This document shows positions 1 through 10,571 of a stretch of 64,000 nucleotides of DNA, piece by piece (the stretch's first letter is position 1; each line of letters starts with the position of its first letter). The notes below the pieces were generated by a model. It worked only from the letters and a program-made list of their open reading frames with translations. It made no database searches and was not told the origin of the DNA. Source of the stretch: Candidatus Poribacteria bacterium (lineage in GTDB: Bacteria > Poribacteria > WGA-4E > WGA-3G); contig OZ251998.1 in the NCBI GenBank assembly GCA_965246985.1, forward strand, positions 4,874,307-4,938,306. Direction: 5' to 3'. Made by a program: the position numbers and the translations under genes.

Positions 1-216
1 AACATAATCATCTTTTTTAAGGTATTGCTGGATTGTCCGCCTAAGCCTGTCGTTCAAAGATTGCCCTTTTTTATTGTACATCAGGGATTCCGTGCCGCCA
101 ACTGTTTGAATAGATAGATTCCCGAGTCGCAAATGTGTTACCAACTTATCTGTCAAATGTTTGACGACTTTGGCATCATTGGTTGATTCCAAGGTCCAAA
201 TCCTTATTCGTGGCAT
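1..216 (-). CDS. Partial ORF (runs off window), partner of the upstream ATPase; possibly DUF4276/TOPRIM-like
   Basis: ATG at 216 overlaps the ATPase end; open frame MPRIRIWTLESTNDAKVV...YLKKDDYV to position 1; E..D after a beta-strand resembles a TOPRIM start. Not in the ORF track. Confidence 0.55.
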   Translation of the reverse strand, partial: MPRIRIWTLESTNDAKVVKHLTDKLVTHLRLGNLSIQTVGGTESLMYNKKGQSLNDRLRRTIQQYLKKDDYV

Positions 217-1388
217 GCAGATTCATCCTCCACCATGTCTTGCAGAAGTTCACTATGAAAGATAGCACTGCCAATCCCGAAGTCTACGATCCATCCGTTT
301 AGTGCTTCATCGCCACCACGCCTATCCTCAAGGTCAATTACTTCTGTGCCGAGTCCAGATCGGTTACGCAAGAGTAAAACGCCAAGCGAATCCGATAAAC
401 TCTTAGAACTGAAAGAGTCAAGGAGTTGCGAACTATGGGTTGTGATAATCACTTGTGTTCGTGCAGCTAGTTTTTCAAGTATGTATGTGATATCTTTTAG
501 GGCACCGGGGTGCAGACTCCTCTCGGGCTCTTCAATAGCAACAAGCGGAGGCAATTCAGGTAGCCCAAGCAAGGTATAATATGCAACAAGATACAGTGTT
601 CCATCAGAGGCACCAGCCAAAGGTATCGGATCTTTGTATCCTTCAAGAAAGCAGAGTTGGAATTCCCTATCAATTTTGCGGAAGTCTATGTTAATATTCG
701 TGGAAGCCATAAGGGAATTACTAACGTAGCGAAAATCCTCGGGGGTACTCTCGTACCAGTCCCAAAGTATGTCCGGTACATTCACACCATAAGGATTAAG
801 TTTTAGCGTTTCCCGAATATTTTTTGTAACAGGAGAGAATCTATTAGAATTAGTTCGTATGTTGTCTGGTTGAAAGTCATAAAATTCCCATCCTTGAATA
901 AAATCCGTTAAGGCACTCGTAACAGGTTTATTGCCATAATCACCAGCAGACCTCAAAGCGAGCTTATTAGAGTTGTATGTCGTTTCATTCTCGCCATTTT
1001 CATCCCAGACCCTGCCCTTCCCATTTTGAATTGAGATGACCTTTACACCGTCAACCGACAATTCTTCATCAACAGACAGATTGTTAGACGTGGCTTTAAA
1101 CTCTAGTTTATATACAGATGCTTTTTTTTTCACTTCGACGTGTAACTGACAAGTAATGTGATCCGCTCCGCCCGCCCAAACTCGATCTTGAATGAAATTA
1201 ACCGTTGTGGGAGGTGTTTCACTTCTTAGAATCCAATGAAAGAGGCGTAAGGCATTCAAAGTATTTGATTTTCCACTCGCATTGGGGCCGACAAGAACCG
1301 TTAGAGGTTTGAACGGAAGGGTAACATTCCGCAAACTACGGTAGTTTTTAACATGGATTTTCTCTAAAAACGCTTTCTGTTCGGACAT
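204..1388 (-). CDS. ABC/AAA_21-type ATPase
   Basis: Walker A GPNASGKSN, signature-like ASDGT, Walker B IEEPE, ITTHS; likely start MSEQKAF at 1388. Confidence 0.85.
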   Translation of the reverse strand: MSEQKAFLEKIHVKNYRSLRNVTLPFKPLTVLVGPNASGKSNTLNALRLFHWILRSETPPTTVNFIQDRVWAGGADHITCQLHVEVKKKASVYKLEFKATSNNLSVDEELSVDGVKVISIQNGKGRVWDENGENETTYNSNKLALRSAGDYGNKPVTSALTDFIQGWEFYDFQPDNIRTNSNRFSPVTKNIRETLKLNPYGVNVPDILWDWYESTPEDFRYVSNSLMASTNINIDFRKIDREFQLCFLEGYKDPIPLAGASDGTLYLVAYYTLLGLPELPPLVAIEEPERSLHPGALKDITYILEKLAARTQVIITTHSSQLLDSFSSKSLSDSLGVLLLRNRSGLGTEVIDLEDRRGGDEALNGWIVDFGIGSAIFHSELLQDMVEDESACHE

Positions 1389-1428
1389 GGGTTTCGCCTT
1401 TATATCGAGATTAAACCTTCGGTGCAGC

Positions 1429-2379
1429 TTAGTTTTCAAGGTTCAAGAGGGCATGTGTAAACTCATCAATGTCTGATGCTTGGGCGGCGACACGGTGTAA
1501 CTGATCCAGACGCTGTAGATCGTCAATGACCCCAAGAAAAGGCTTTAGCTTCTCTGCGACATCGGTCTGAAATCGGACCTCCAGCACTGTGAGTATCGCT
1601 TCAACGGCGTACTGTTTTTTGCCTTGCTCAATGCCTTGCTCAGTGAAGTATTGGATGATAGAAGATTCTTGCACGATGACCTCCGATATTGCCTCGCGGA
1701 TGGTTTGAGAGTCGTAAGCTAACCCACCGAGAATCGCTGAGTCCGCGAGCATCTCCTTTTGTTGCGATTCGTCTTTCGTACCTGCCTCAATTGCACGTAC
1801 GCAATGCCGTATCCATTCCGGTGCCTTCAGAGAAGCAGGTGGTTTCATCAAGGCGGCGAACGGAACTAACCCCACCCGGTTCGTATCCAGAAGGGCTTGC
1901 CCTTCCATTTCAGTGAGTCTTAGCACGCGGTATTGGATGCCAATATTATATCCGGACACCTCTTGGACGTAAAGGCCCGGGTCGGTGCGCCCAGCCGTTG
2001 GATGCAGGTAAACGACATGAGAATAGATTGGGAGTTTGTAAAACGCAATGGCACTACCGATATAACCTGCCATTCGGAAGGGCATCGGTACGTCCCGACT
2101 GTCGTGGGTCTGAAACTCACAGTGGACAATGGCTTGCTTGCTCCCAGTGGTAACGCGTATAAAACTATCAGCTAAGTGCGTTTTCATTGAAAGCTGCTCG
2201 GTTTCAATGACCTGAAACTCGTCTGCTTCTATACCAAGGAGCGTCGTGACAAAGCCCTTGGGATCTCTGCGGATTCTGCGTTTTGTGATGTTATCAAACT
2301 GTCTGGGCAGGACGAGTTTTTGGTCAGGAACGCTTCCTTTGGGCTCCTGTGTTCGCGGTGAGTTCGGATTCCCTGTCAC
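1429..2379 (-). CDS. Rpn/YhgA-like PD-(D/E)XK putative nuclease
   Basis: ADSF...HCEFQT...MPFRMAGY motifs; C-terminal EQGIEQG...LEVRF. Confidence 0.75.
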   Translation of the reverse strand: MTGNPNSPRTQEPKGSVPDQKLVLPRQFDNITKRRIRRDPKGFVTTLLGIEADEFQVIETEQLSMKTHLADSFIRVTTGSKQAIVHCEFQTHDSRDVPMPFRMAGYIGSAIAFYKLPIYSHVVYLHPTAGRTDPGLYVQEVSGYNIGIQYRVLRLTEMEGQALLDTNRVGLVPFAALMKPPASLKAPEWIRHCVRAIEAGTKDESQQKEMLADSAILGGLAYDSQTIREAISEVIVQESSIIQYFTEQGIEQGKKQYAVEAILTVLEVRFQTDVAEKLKPFLGVIDDLQRLDQLHRVAAQASDIDEFTHALLNLEN

Positions 2380-2519
2380 AACAGTTTTCTCCCTTTCATC
2401 AGGCTCTTTTGAATGTCAAGATAGACGCGAAAGTTGACCTGGCTTTGGACGCTGCATCCATCTATAGAGTGTCCTCCACATCGTCTTGTTGCAAATTATA
2501 CACCTTGGGTTTGTATTTG

Positions 2520-3701
2520 TCAATTGCTTTTAGGATCCTTGTCAATGTCAAGTTCGGATACGTCAATCTCGCCGGAGATGAGTTTGGGGAGGAGGAGGTC
2601 ACGGGTCTGGCGGAGGGTCTTATTCTGAAAGATTAAATTCTGGATTTTGTCAACCACATCGCAAGTAAAATTACTAAAACGTTGCATGATTGGGTCCGGT
2701 GGAATCACAACTTGGTACTCAGCAAGTACGTTCCATTCAGCTCTTGGCATTTTTGATCCTTGTGAGGTCGTCGTTGCATACGCTATAAAATGTTCACTAG
2801 AAACATAGGAAAGAGTTATTGCAAAGCATTCTTTCCTTTTAGGACGTATCACGATTGTATCTGATGAACAGATCCCATCTAGAGGAGCAACACCAACCTT
2901 ATGAAAATAGGGGCGAATCTTACCGAAAAGAATTTCACCTTTTGTGAATTCCAATTTTGCGCTGTTAATTGAGTCAACAGAATCCCATTCTGAAAGTGCA
3001 ATTGATTTTCGTGGTAGATGTGCTAATCCGAAATAGGGAGTTTCTTGAATAATATCACTCGGCTTAACGTTCCGCCTGATGGATTCTGCCAAATTGCCAA
3101 GTTTACTTATTTTCCACGCTTCCGGTATCGGCCCCAACGATGATTCTACCATGGGTACATTCTCATGTTCCGGAAATCGGAAGTGGACGAACCATTCTTG
3201 GTAGAGGGTTTGTGCCATGTCTTCAAGGATTTTGATGCGGCGGGTGTTGTTTTCGATGAGGTCATCGTAGGCGGAGAGGATGGCGGCGATTTTGCGTTGG
3301 ATATGCATCGGCGGACAAAGGATTTTCGATGTTTTCAAATATTTGAAATGCCTTTGATAACCGAAGTGTTCTAAGGACAAATCTCGCAATGCATAGTAAA
3401 GGTAGCGAATATCGAAATCTTTTGTAGGACGTATTAGCTGCGTTCCGTCTGCGCCTACTGCAAAAGGGAAATTCACGTATTTCAAGGTGCACGTATGGTC
3501 GCCGAACACAATGACTGGGAGGTGCCCGGCATAAGCGCGCTCTGTGTCATTGATGTAAGCTGCTATAAACTCTTGGCTTTGATCAACAACCGGAATAGCA
3601 CCACTGGGTAAATACTCAGATTTTTTTATTTTATGCTTTTTTCTCAGAGTTTGAATGTGATCTCCAACCAAAACTCCGCTGTTTTGCCGAGAAGTACCCA
3701 C
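2520..3701 (-). CDS. hsdS: Type I R-M specificity subunit
   Basis: PPMHIQRKIAAILSAYDDLIENN, WFVHFRFP, TRDLLLPKLISGEIDV conserved regions. Confidence 0.92.
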   Translation of the reverse strand: MGTSRQNSGVLVGDHIQTLRKKHKIKKSEYLPSGAIPVVDQSQEFIAAYINDTERAYAGHLPVIVFGDHTCTLKYVNFPFAVGADGTQLIRPTKDFDIRYLYYALRDLSLEHFGYQRHFKYLKTSKILCPPMHIQRKIAAILSAYDDLIENNTRRIKILEDMAQTLYQEWFVHFRFPEHENVPMVESSLGPIPEAWKISKLGNLAESIRRNVKPSDIIQETPYFGLAHLPRKSIALSEWDSVDSINSAKLEFTKGEILFGKIRPYFHKVGVAPLDGICSSDTIVIRPKRKECFAITLSYVSSEHFIAYATTTSQGSKMPRAEWNVLAEYQVVIPPDPIMQRFSNFTCDVVDKIQNLIFQNKTLRQTRDLLLPKLISGEIDVSELDIDKDPKSN

Positions 3702-3822
3702 TACATGTCTCCTCGAAAATCATTAGTTATTAACCCACGTTGCTACTAACAAATTTTGGGCATTCAACAAGATTTTTCAGACACTTTCCCCACCCGGTAG
3801 GGTGATATGTCTATAGAAAACT

Positions 3823-4992
3823 TCAATCACGCTTAGGTTTGGCTTTTACCCTGATACCCTTGTTTTTCTCTATAGAGATGATGTCAACCTCAGTTACGCT
3901 TAGATTTAGCCCAACAAGGAGTTCTTTGAGATCCTCAGTGTATTCTGGCATGGCCTCTTGATCGACTAAACTGTATAACTCATGAGCAGTCAGGGAAAGT
4001 TGAATCCCAAATAGGTTTAATTGCGGGTTTTCATCACTATTGTCAGCAACAGGAGATACCATCCAATTCTGACTTTGGTGCCGAAATAGAATTGGAAATT
4101 TTTCAAATTGCCAGTGAGAAAAGTCTGAGCCTAACACCAATCCACATTCTTGTAATGTACTCAGGGCATTATAAGACAACCCATGTTTTTCAAGTGTATG
4201 TGAAGAAAGAGGATTGCTTTCCAGAGTAAGAACTCTGAGGGTAGAAATATCTCCAGATGATAAATTTATGTACCCTGTAGATAGCGAGCACAATTTCTTG
4301 AATAAGATTGCTGCATTTTGATCGAGTTCACCGAGGGTTTTTAAGGTTCGGATTGAGTAGGATCCCGGATTCCTAATTTCCCCAGCCAAGATGCGGCCGA
4401 AAAGAAGCCGCCCTTCTTCAGTGCTTTGTGGACGTGCTTCTGTCTCGAAAATGTTAATCCAAACATCGTCGATTACCTTTTCCTCGCTGCTACTTGAGGC
4501 CTGATTCGTTGAACCGGCAGATTGTTGTTCATTAGATTCACCCTTGTTTTGATCGACTGAGTTATTGGGTTCATCTTTATTAAGTTCATTTGCAGCAATA
4601 GCGGAAATATTATCAAGATTAATCTGCTCTCCAATTATCTTTCCCATGTATTTGTTTACTGCTGCTTCTGCATATTCTGGCGGAACTTTCATTTGTTGGA
4701 TAATTTGGTCAGTACCCGCTCCTATAATTTTAACACGCGCCTCTGATTCTGCCTGGGTTTCAGCAGCTTTCCCTTCAAAATATGCATCAAACCATTTCTT
4801 CGGAGCAGAGCACAATTTGCCGAAAGCTTTGAATGTGTTTCGCGCCAACCAAGTAGAAGGATCCAGTCCTGATATAAAATTGGTGACAATGTCAAGCGCA
4901 TTACCTGCTGCGTCTTCGGGAACAACATCAAGAGTGGTGTTTGCTTCATCTTCGGTTGTTGCAGGTAGATCCGGTTTAGTTTCGTCAGACAT
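3823..4992 (-). CDS. DUF2806 domain protein
   Basis: EQINLDNI...IDDVWINIFETEA...LFGRILAGEIRNPGSYSIRTLKTL pattern. Confidence 0.75.
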   Translation of the reverse strand: MSDETKPDLPATTEDEANTTLDVVPEDAAGNALDIVTNFISGLDPSTWLARNTFKAFGKLCSAPKKWFDAYFEGKAAETQAESEARVKIIGAGTDQIIQQMKVPPEYAEAAVNKYMGKIIGEQINLDNISAIAANELNKDEPNNSVDQNKGESNEQQSAGSTNQASSSSEEKVIDDVWINIFETEARPQSTEEGRLLFGRILAGEIRNPGSYSIRTLKTLGELDQNAAILFKKLCSLSTGYINLSSGDISTLRVLTLESNPLSSHTLEKHGLSYNALSTLQECGLVLGSDFSHWQFEKFPILFRHQSQNWMVSPVADNSDENPQLNLFGIQLSLTAHELYSLVDQEAMPEYTEDLKELLVGLNLSVTEVDIISIEKNKGIRVKAKPKRD

Positions 4993-5121
4993 TATGAATT
5001 CCTTTTTCATCGCTTATTGTTCGGGTCGGGTAGCAGGTTTATCGGATTTCCCATTTTTGGGTTATCTCTAAGGGATATTATACCATATTCTTCGGAGTTT
5101 TCCAAATTTCTGTTGTTATAC

Positions 5122-5247
5122 AGATACCACCCCTACAGGGCTAAAGAGGGAAGGGACAACGGATTTCTATAAACATTTCGTCCCTACGGGACTAAAGACA
5201 TAAACATAACAGACCGCTATAAACATTTTGTTCCTACGGGACTGAAA
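5122..5247. repeat. Three short hairpin repeats (ATAAACAT...CCTACGGGACT)
   Basis: Three related copies; relatives at ~12820-12900, 25555-25640, 40060-40085. Confidence 0.65.
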
Positions 5248-5414
5248 AGGGAAATTGACGCGTTTCTATCAATTTGAGAATTATCCAGTGCGGTTGAAAA
5301 CCTGACCATAAGCGTCAATTTAAGAAATAATTGACGCGCTGAATGCCCAGGCCCGGTAGGTGCGGTTTTGGGAACTGGCGAGGTTGGGAAACCTCGCTTA
5401 TGATAGTTGGTTGC

Positions 5415-6584
5415 TTATGGACTCACAACCTTGTAGAGTTCTATCTGTCCGTTGCGGATTGTGTAGAGCTCGAGGCTTTTGATGGGGTGTCGATTCTCAT
5501 CAAAACGGGAGATAGCGGACGCGCCTTGATAGTTGGTTGTGTTCGCCAAGGCATCTCGAACTGCATCAGGCTCCAGCGTTCCAGCGTTTTTGATGGCAAG
5601 TGTGAGGAGTGCCATAGCATCATAGCCCCATGCTGAGGGACCGTCTGGCGGTTCCATAAACATCGCGGCGTACGCTTCAACAAAGGGAGCTGCACTCGGA
5701 GATTCGACATTGAAACCTCTGGTGAAGTAGGATCCTTCTAACGGGGCATTGTCATCTAAAGTACCGAAGAGTTTGTCGGGTTCATCCCATCCGTTGGTGC
5801 CGATAAAGGTCGCGTCAATGCCCATATTCCTCGCTTGTAATGCTAACAAAGGAATTTCTGGATTAAAGCCGGCAATTAAGAGGACATCCGGGGCTGCGGC
5901 TTTAATTTTTTCCAATTGCACAGCGAAATCTCTATCACCGTGTTGATAGACTTCGCTTGCGACGAGTTTTCCACCGAGTTCCTGAAAATTCGCTTCAAAA
6001 GCATCAGCAACAGCACTGGAGTACACATCTCCAGCCTGACGGATCGTTGCGGCGGTTTTAGCGTTGAGTTCCACAGGATCCAGCGCGAATTGTGCTGTCG
6101 TCGCGCCCTGAACTGAAGAGGGAGCAACTGTAATAAACACGAATTCGCCTGTAGAGGTCACCTTCTCACCAGATGAACCGGTAATTATGGGTCGCCGAAG
6201 TTCGGTAACGACGGGACCAACCTGCATGGAATTTGTGGAGAGTAACGGACCGAGGATTGCGACAACGCCTTCCTCTTGGATGAGTGCTTTGGCGATGCGG
6301 ACGCTTTCTGCTGCATCTGGGAATTCACGGTTGCCTTGATTATCCATAATGACAAATTCGATTTGCATTCCGAGTAGACCGCCGGCATTGTTAACTTGGG
6401 TTCTTGCGAGTTCCGCGCCTCTGGTGAAATTAGGGGCAAGTCCTGACGGTTGAATCACACCGATTTTGATAGAGGTGGTATCTGTGGAAGGAGCATCGGG
6501 TGTAATGACCTGTTTTACGCGTTCGCACCCTAAAAAGGATATAAATAAAATTGCGATTAGGCTTAGGAAAATTTTTGTTTTCAC
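5415..6584 (-). CDS. Branched-chain amino acid-type ABC substrate-binding lipoprotein
   Basis: Lipobox FLGC, IKIGVIQP, GVVAILGP, GYDA; LivK-like. Confidence 0.85.
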   Translation of the reverse strand: MKTKIFLSLIAILFISFLGCERVKQVITPDAPSTDTTSIKIGVIQPSGLAPNFTRGAELARTQVNNAGGLLGMQIEFVIMDNQGNREFPDAAESVRIAKALIQEEGVVAILGPLLSTNSMQVGPVVTELRRPIITGSSGEKVTSTGEFVFITVAPSSVQGATTAQFALDPVELNAKTAATIRQAGDVYSSAVADAFEANFQELGGKLVASEVYQHGDRDFAVQLEKIKAAAPDVLLIAGFNPEIPLLALQARNMGIDATFIGTNGWDEPDKLFGTLDDNAPLEGSYFTRGFNVESPSAAPFVEAYAAMFMEPPDGPSAWGYDAMALLTLAIKNAGTLEPDAVRDALANTTNYQGASAISRFDENRHPIKSLELYTIRNGQIELYKVVSP

Positions 6585-6586
6585 TA

Positions 6587-7132
6587 TTAATTCCTTGTCT
6601 GAAAAGGAAATTGTTCTGCAACGACGAATCTGTCATCTGTTTCAGGTGAACGGTAGATGAGACTGAGGTGTGCGATTTCACACTGTATCGGCTGCCATTC
6701 CTCTTGGAGTCGCTGCTGTTCGGTATGGAGAGAACGGGTCTGGAATTGTCCGACCGAGAGGTGCGGATGGAATCCACCGACAAATCGTGCTGTATCATCG
6801 TAGTCTGGTAGGTGCTGCAGCAGTGTGCTGTGTAACCGAGCGATTTCGTCTGCAGGTTCAGGAACGAGGAACATCGTACACGACTTGCGGTGCTGAAAAG
6901 CGTCAAAACGAGCGAGTTCAATGGAAAAGGGTGATGTCTGTTGTGATGCCTTGGCGAGTGCGGACGTGATTTCTGTGAAATCGCGACGCTCTGCGAATGG
7001 ATAGAGCAGCGTTATATGGGGCATCCATCGCTTGAAGTTCCGGTCATGAATCCGGCGTATAGCCTGAATGGGTGGCTGCACGGCTTCCGAAGGGATGAGA
7101 ACAACAGCTGTGGTGTGAGTTTTGTTAGGCAT
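6587..7132 (-). CDS. 2H phosphoesterase / 2'-5' RNA ligase family
   Basis: Two HxT/S motifs, PHITL and PHLSV; start MPNKTH. Confidence 0.85.
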   Translation of the reverse strand: MPNKTHTTAVVLIPSEAVQPPIQAIRRIHDRNFKRWMPHITLLYPFAERRDFTEITSALAKASQQTSPFSIELARFDAFQHRKSCTMFLVPEPADEIARLHSTLLQHLPDYDDTARFVGGFHPHLSVGQFQTRSLHTEQQRLQEEWQPIQCEIAHLSLIYRSPETDDRFVVAEQFPFQTRN

Positions 7133-7142
7133 ATTGTGAATA

Positions 7143-7227
7143 GGCGAGGTTAGAAACCTCGCCAGCAAGTATAGGCGAGGTTAGAATGCAGGTCGCATTT
7201 GGGCGCGTACGCCGCAAAACCTCGCCA
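7143..7227. repeat. REP-like palindromes GGCGAGGTT..AACCTCGCC (simple form plus loop-expanded form)
   Basis: Two tandem copies; family recurs at ~5378, 12975, 36848, 38051, 43685, 46147. Confidence 0.8.
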
Positions 7228-7249
7228 GCGAAGGAGTGGAAGAAGAAAA

Positions 7250-8047
7250 TTAACCGACGGACATTCCCATGCGTCCGCCATCAACGTGTAGCGTCTGTCC
7301 TGTGATGTAGGAGGCATCGTCGCTGAGGAGGAAAGCGATCACAGATGCAATCTCTTCAGGACCGGCACGACGTTTCATGATGCACGAAGATATCGGTGAC
7401 TCTTCAAGTTCTTTTTTGCGTGCGGCGGGGTCGGGTGCTCGACCGAAGTGCATCTCTGTAACAATCCAACCCGGTGCGATGGCATTGACTCGGATACCGT
7501 ATTCGACGAACTCGGATGCCATCGTTTTGGTGAGAGAGACTAACCCGGCTTTAATGGCATCGTAGACCCACTGTCCGGGCCTGCCGAGAAATCCACCTTC
7601 CGATGAGAGATTGACGATAGCGGCACCGTCCTGTTTCAAAAGCGGTAAGAGATGCTGCGTAATCAGCACCCAGCCGCGGAGACCAATTGCGGTTTCGGGT
7701 TCCCAATTGGGTATCCATGCGCCGTCTTCAATCTTACCACTTCTCAGGATAGCGGCGTTATTGACGAGAACATGGAGGGCAGAAAACTTTTCAGCGACAG
7801 TCTGCACGGCGTTATCAACGCTCTCGTCATCGGCGAGATCAACCTCTATGTATGTGGCTTTACCACCTGTTTCTTGGATTTGTGCGACTGTCTTGTGTGC
7901 CATTTCGGCGTTGTTGTCGGCGATGATGACGTGCGCGCCTTCGGCTGCGAGACGGTTCGCAGTAGCCCTACCGATGCCGGAGGCACCACCTGTTATTAAT
8001 GCGACTTTATCTGTAAAGCGGATTGTTCCCCATGGGTTTGTTTGCAT
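7250..8047 (-). CDS. SDR oxidoreductase
   Basis: TGGASGIG, NNAA, YDAIK. Confidence 0.9.
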   Translation of the reverse strand: MQTNPWGTIRFTDKVALITGGASGIGRATANRLAAEGAHVIIADNNAEMAHKTVAQIQETGGKATYIEVDLADDESVDNAVQTVAEKFSALHVLVNNAAILRSGKIEDGAWIPNWEPETAIGLRGWVLITQHLLPLLKQDGAAIVNLSSEGGFLGRPGQWVYDAIKAGLVSLTKTMASEFVEYGIRVNAIAPGWIVTEMHFGRAPDPAARKKELEESPISSCIMKRRAGPEEIASVIAFLLSDDASYITGQTLHVDGGRMGMSVG

Positions 8048-8063
8048 TCGTTGCTAATCCTTT

Positions 8064-9214
8064 TTACAATTCTTGTAATGTTAAATTATAGTTTTGTTGA
8101 TAGAAAATGGATAATCTATTAAAAAATTTTTGATTAAATTCCAATGGCATAATTTTATACAACTCCCTTCCTAATGGTGTAAACGGTATCCCCACAATTA
8201 TTGTTTGTTGTGTGCTATTTAATAGCACATATTTTTTCTTAGCATAAAGAATTATGTTTGTCTGATAAGCAGGCCAATTACCAGATAAAGAAATAAGTCT
8301 TCTGTGTTCCATTTGAATTAAATCATCAAATGAAATATCAAATTCTAACAGTTTTAAAAAAGGATTTGTTATATTAACGTGAGCTTGAAAAAGGTTTTTA
8401 CCCGTAGTGCCCTGTATCAGTTTTAGCAAAAAACGGCACAAACTCACAGTTTATGCTACAATAATACCGCTTTTTTAGCCATGAACAGTGTTTAGAGCGA
8501 ACTCACATTTTATTATCAAACTCACGTTATATTAGAAATACTAGACCCTGTAATACTTGATTCAAAATTAATCGCTCTAACGTCCAATAATTCATTTCCT
8601 CTACTAATAGGAACAGCAATACTAACACTGCATAATCTTTGAAATGTTAACAACTCCGACTTTGATAAATCGTTTAGAAGAGAATTTCTTTGAATAATTA
8701 TTTCATCGTCTTTTTCACTATCATCGTCAAGCAATTTTTTACAATAATTTCTATCAAAATCATCAAAATCTTCTATTTCTCCACCGCAATCGTTAATGAG
8801 TTTTATCAAAGAGTAACGTGTTCCCAATTTGGGGAAATCTAGATAATTTAAATCTAATATAGATGTCCTGTCATCTATATTCCAAATTGATGCCTTTGCC
8901 ATATCACATTCATCAATTTTTATGGGTTTCAACCAGTTTTCACCATCGATTCTTTTTTTATACTCATCACATATCAAACTTATTTCTCTTCCAATGTCAG
9001 AAGACGTTCTACTAAACAAGAAACTTGAAAAACAAACAATAGCAAAATCACATATCTCTATCTGTCGCTTCGTTGTCGCACGAGTATCTGCACCAATAGG
9101 AAGATTCAATGTATAAATCCACGGTTCAAAATTATGTCTTTCTAAAGTTTCATAAATATATTTTCTAACCCAGTGTTCATCTTCATCAACACAAGCAATA
9201 AAAATCTTCTTCAT
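8064..9214 (-). pseudogene. TIR domain fused to a DUF2806-like C-terminus, interrupted by a MITE
   Basis: N-terminal KIFIAC...IEICDFAIVCFS...REI is TIR-like; removing 158 bp rejoins the two ORFs in frame (SSISNITNPFLKLL), 330 aa; AT-rich. Confidence 0.75.
8376..8528. mobile_element. 153-bp MITE, ends AACGTGAGCTTGA / TCAAACTCACGTT
   Basis: Terminal inverted repeats; ATATT duplicated at 8371-8375 and 8529-8533. Confidence 0.85.
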
Positions 9215-9433
9215 TATAAAAACCTCTTTACTAATTTAACCTAAGTTGCTACCTTTATCCAAAGAGCTGCTTGATACTTGTTACGATGACAAACAAAAGC
9301 ACTTTTAACTCAAAACCGGGGGCAAATACCGTATGAATTGACTTCGGGAGAAGTTGTTCAATGAGACTGATTATAGTGATGGTCCTACAAGAATCGTGAG
9401 CACAGCTCGCTCCTACAGAAGAGATGCAGTCGT

Positions 9434-10210
9434 CTATACGCCTGCGGCGAATCCGCCATCAACGAGGAGGGAGGCACCGGTGATCCATTCTGCGTCGTCG
9501 GAGGCGAGGAATACAGCGGCACGTCCGATGTCTCTCGGTAAACCGAAGCGTGGTAAGGCGGTCTTTTCCAACGCCTCTTCAATCTGTTCTGGCGTGAGGT
9601 AGTCCTGGATTGCTGTCTCGATATAACCGGGACAGATAGCGTTGACGGTTATCCCGTATTGCCCGATTTCTAAAGCGGTATCCCGAACCATGTTGACGAC
9701 AGCGGCTTTCGCGGGCGCATACGCAGGACCTGCACCACCCCCATAGGCGTGAACAGAGGCGATCTGGATGATCCTTCCATATTTTGACTGTTTCAGATGT
9801 GGGATTGCGAGTTTCGTTGAGACGAAAACACCGCGGAGATTGACACCGACGACTTTGTCCCAATCGGCGATTGAGAGGTCTTGTATGCCACTGGGGATAT
9901 GGATGCCAGCGTTATTAACAAGCACATCGAGTCCGCCGAAGTGGTCGACGGTTTGCTGGATTGCATGCGCGATCTGTGATTCGTCGGCGACATCGGTTTG
10001 GAGAAATATCCCTTGTGCACCGAGTTTCTCGATTTCCGCGACGGTTGGCGTCGTGACATCGGTCTCGTGATATTTGCCGCGAAAGGGTGCCTCTTGCTTA
10101 TCGGCGATAGCGACGCGCGCGCCTTCACGGGCAAATTCAAGCGCGATGCCGCGCCCGATGCCCGAACTCCCGCCGGTTACAATGCAAATGCGATTTTTAA
10201 GTGCCATCAA
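9434..10210 (-). CDS. SDR oxidoreductase
   Basis: TGGSSGIG, NNAG, YAPAK. Confidence 0.9.
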   Translation of the reverse strand: MMALKNRICIVTGGSSGIGRGIALEFAREGARVAIADKQEAPFRGKYHETDVTTPTVAEIEKLGAQGIFLQTDVADESQIAHAIQQTVDHFGGLDVLVNNAGIHIPSGIQDLSIADWDKVVGVNLRGVFVSTKLAIPHLKQSKYGRIIQIASVHAYGGGAGPAYAPAKAAVVNMVRDTALEIGQYGITVNAICPGYIETAIQDYLTPEQIEEALEKTALPRFGLPRDIGRAAVFLASDDAEWITGASLLVDGGFAAGV

Positions 10211-10241
10211 GCCTTCCTTTGCTGAAATAAAGAAGGTATCG

Positions 10242-10571
10242 TTAAGTCACAAAAACTCGCTGGTGTCTGACTGCTCCATCCGAAGGCGTAATGTGAATTT
10301 CAACGTTGCGGTTCAGCTTTTTCAGAATCATTAGCAGCCGTTCCACAGTGAAATCTGTAAAATCCATCTTCTTCAGGCGGGACAGATCACTCGGATCAAG
10401 TCCAAAGTGCTCCTCAGCCTTTGCCGGGGTTAGTTTTTGCTCCTCAAGAAGACGGTGGATTGCAAAGGCAAGGTCTACCCTTAACTGTTCGTATTCCGCT
10501 TCTTCCTCAGAGAAACCAATGTCCAGAAACACATTGCCGGAACTCTCTTCAATTTTGATTTCTTCACTCAT
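10242..10571 (-). CDS. XRE/HigA-type HTH antitoxin
   Basis: SSGNVFLDIGF N-terminus, HTH; overlaps the toxin gene. Confidence 0.85.
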   Translation of the reverse strand: MSEEIKIEESSGNVFLDIGFSEEEAEYEQLRVDLAFAIHRLLEEQKLTPAKAEEHFGLDPSDLSRLKKMDFTDFTVERLLMILKKLNRNVEIHITPSDGAVRHQRVFVT

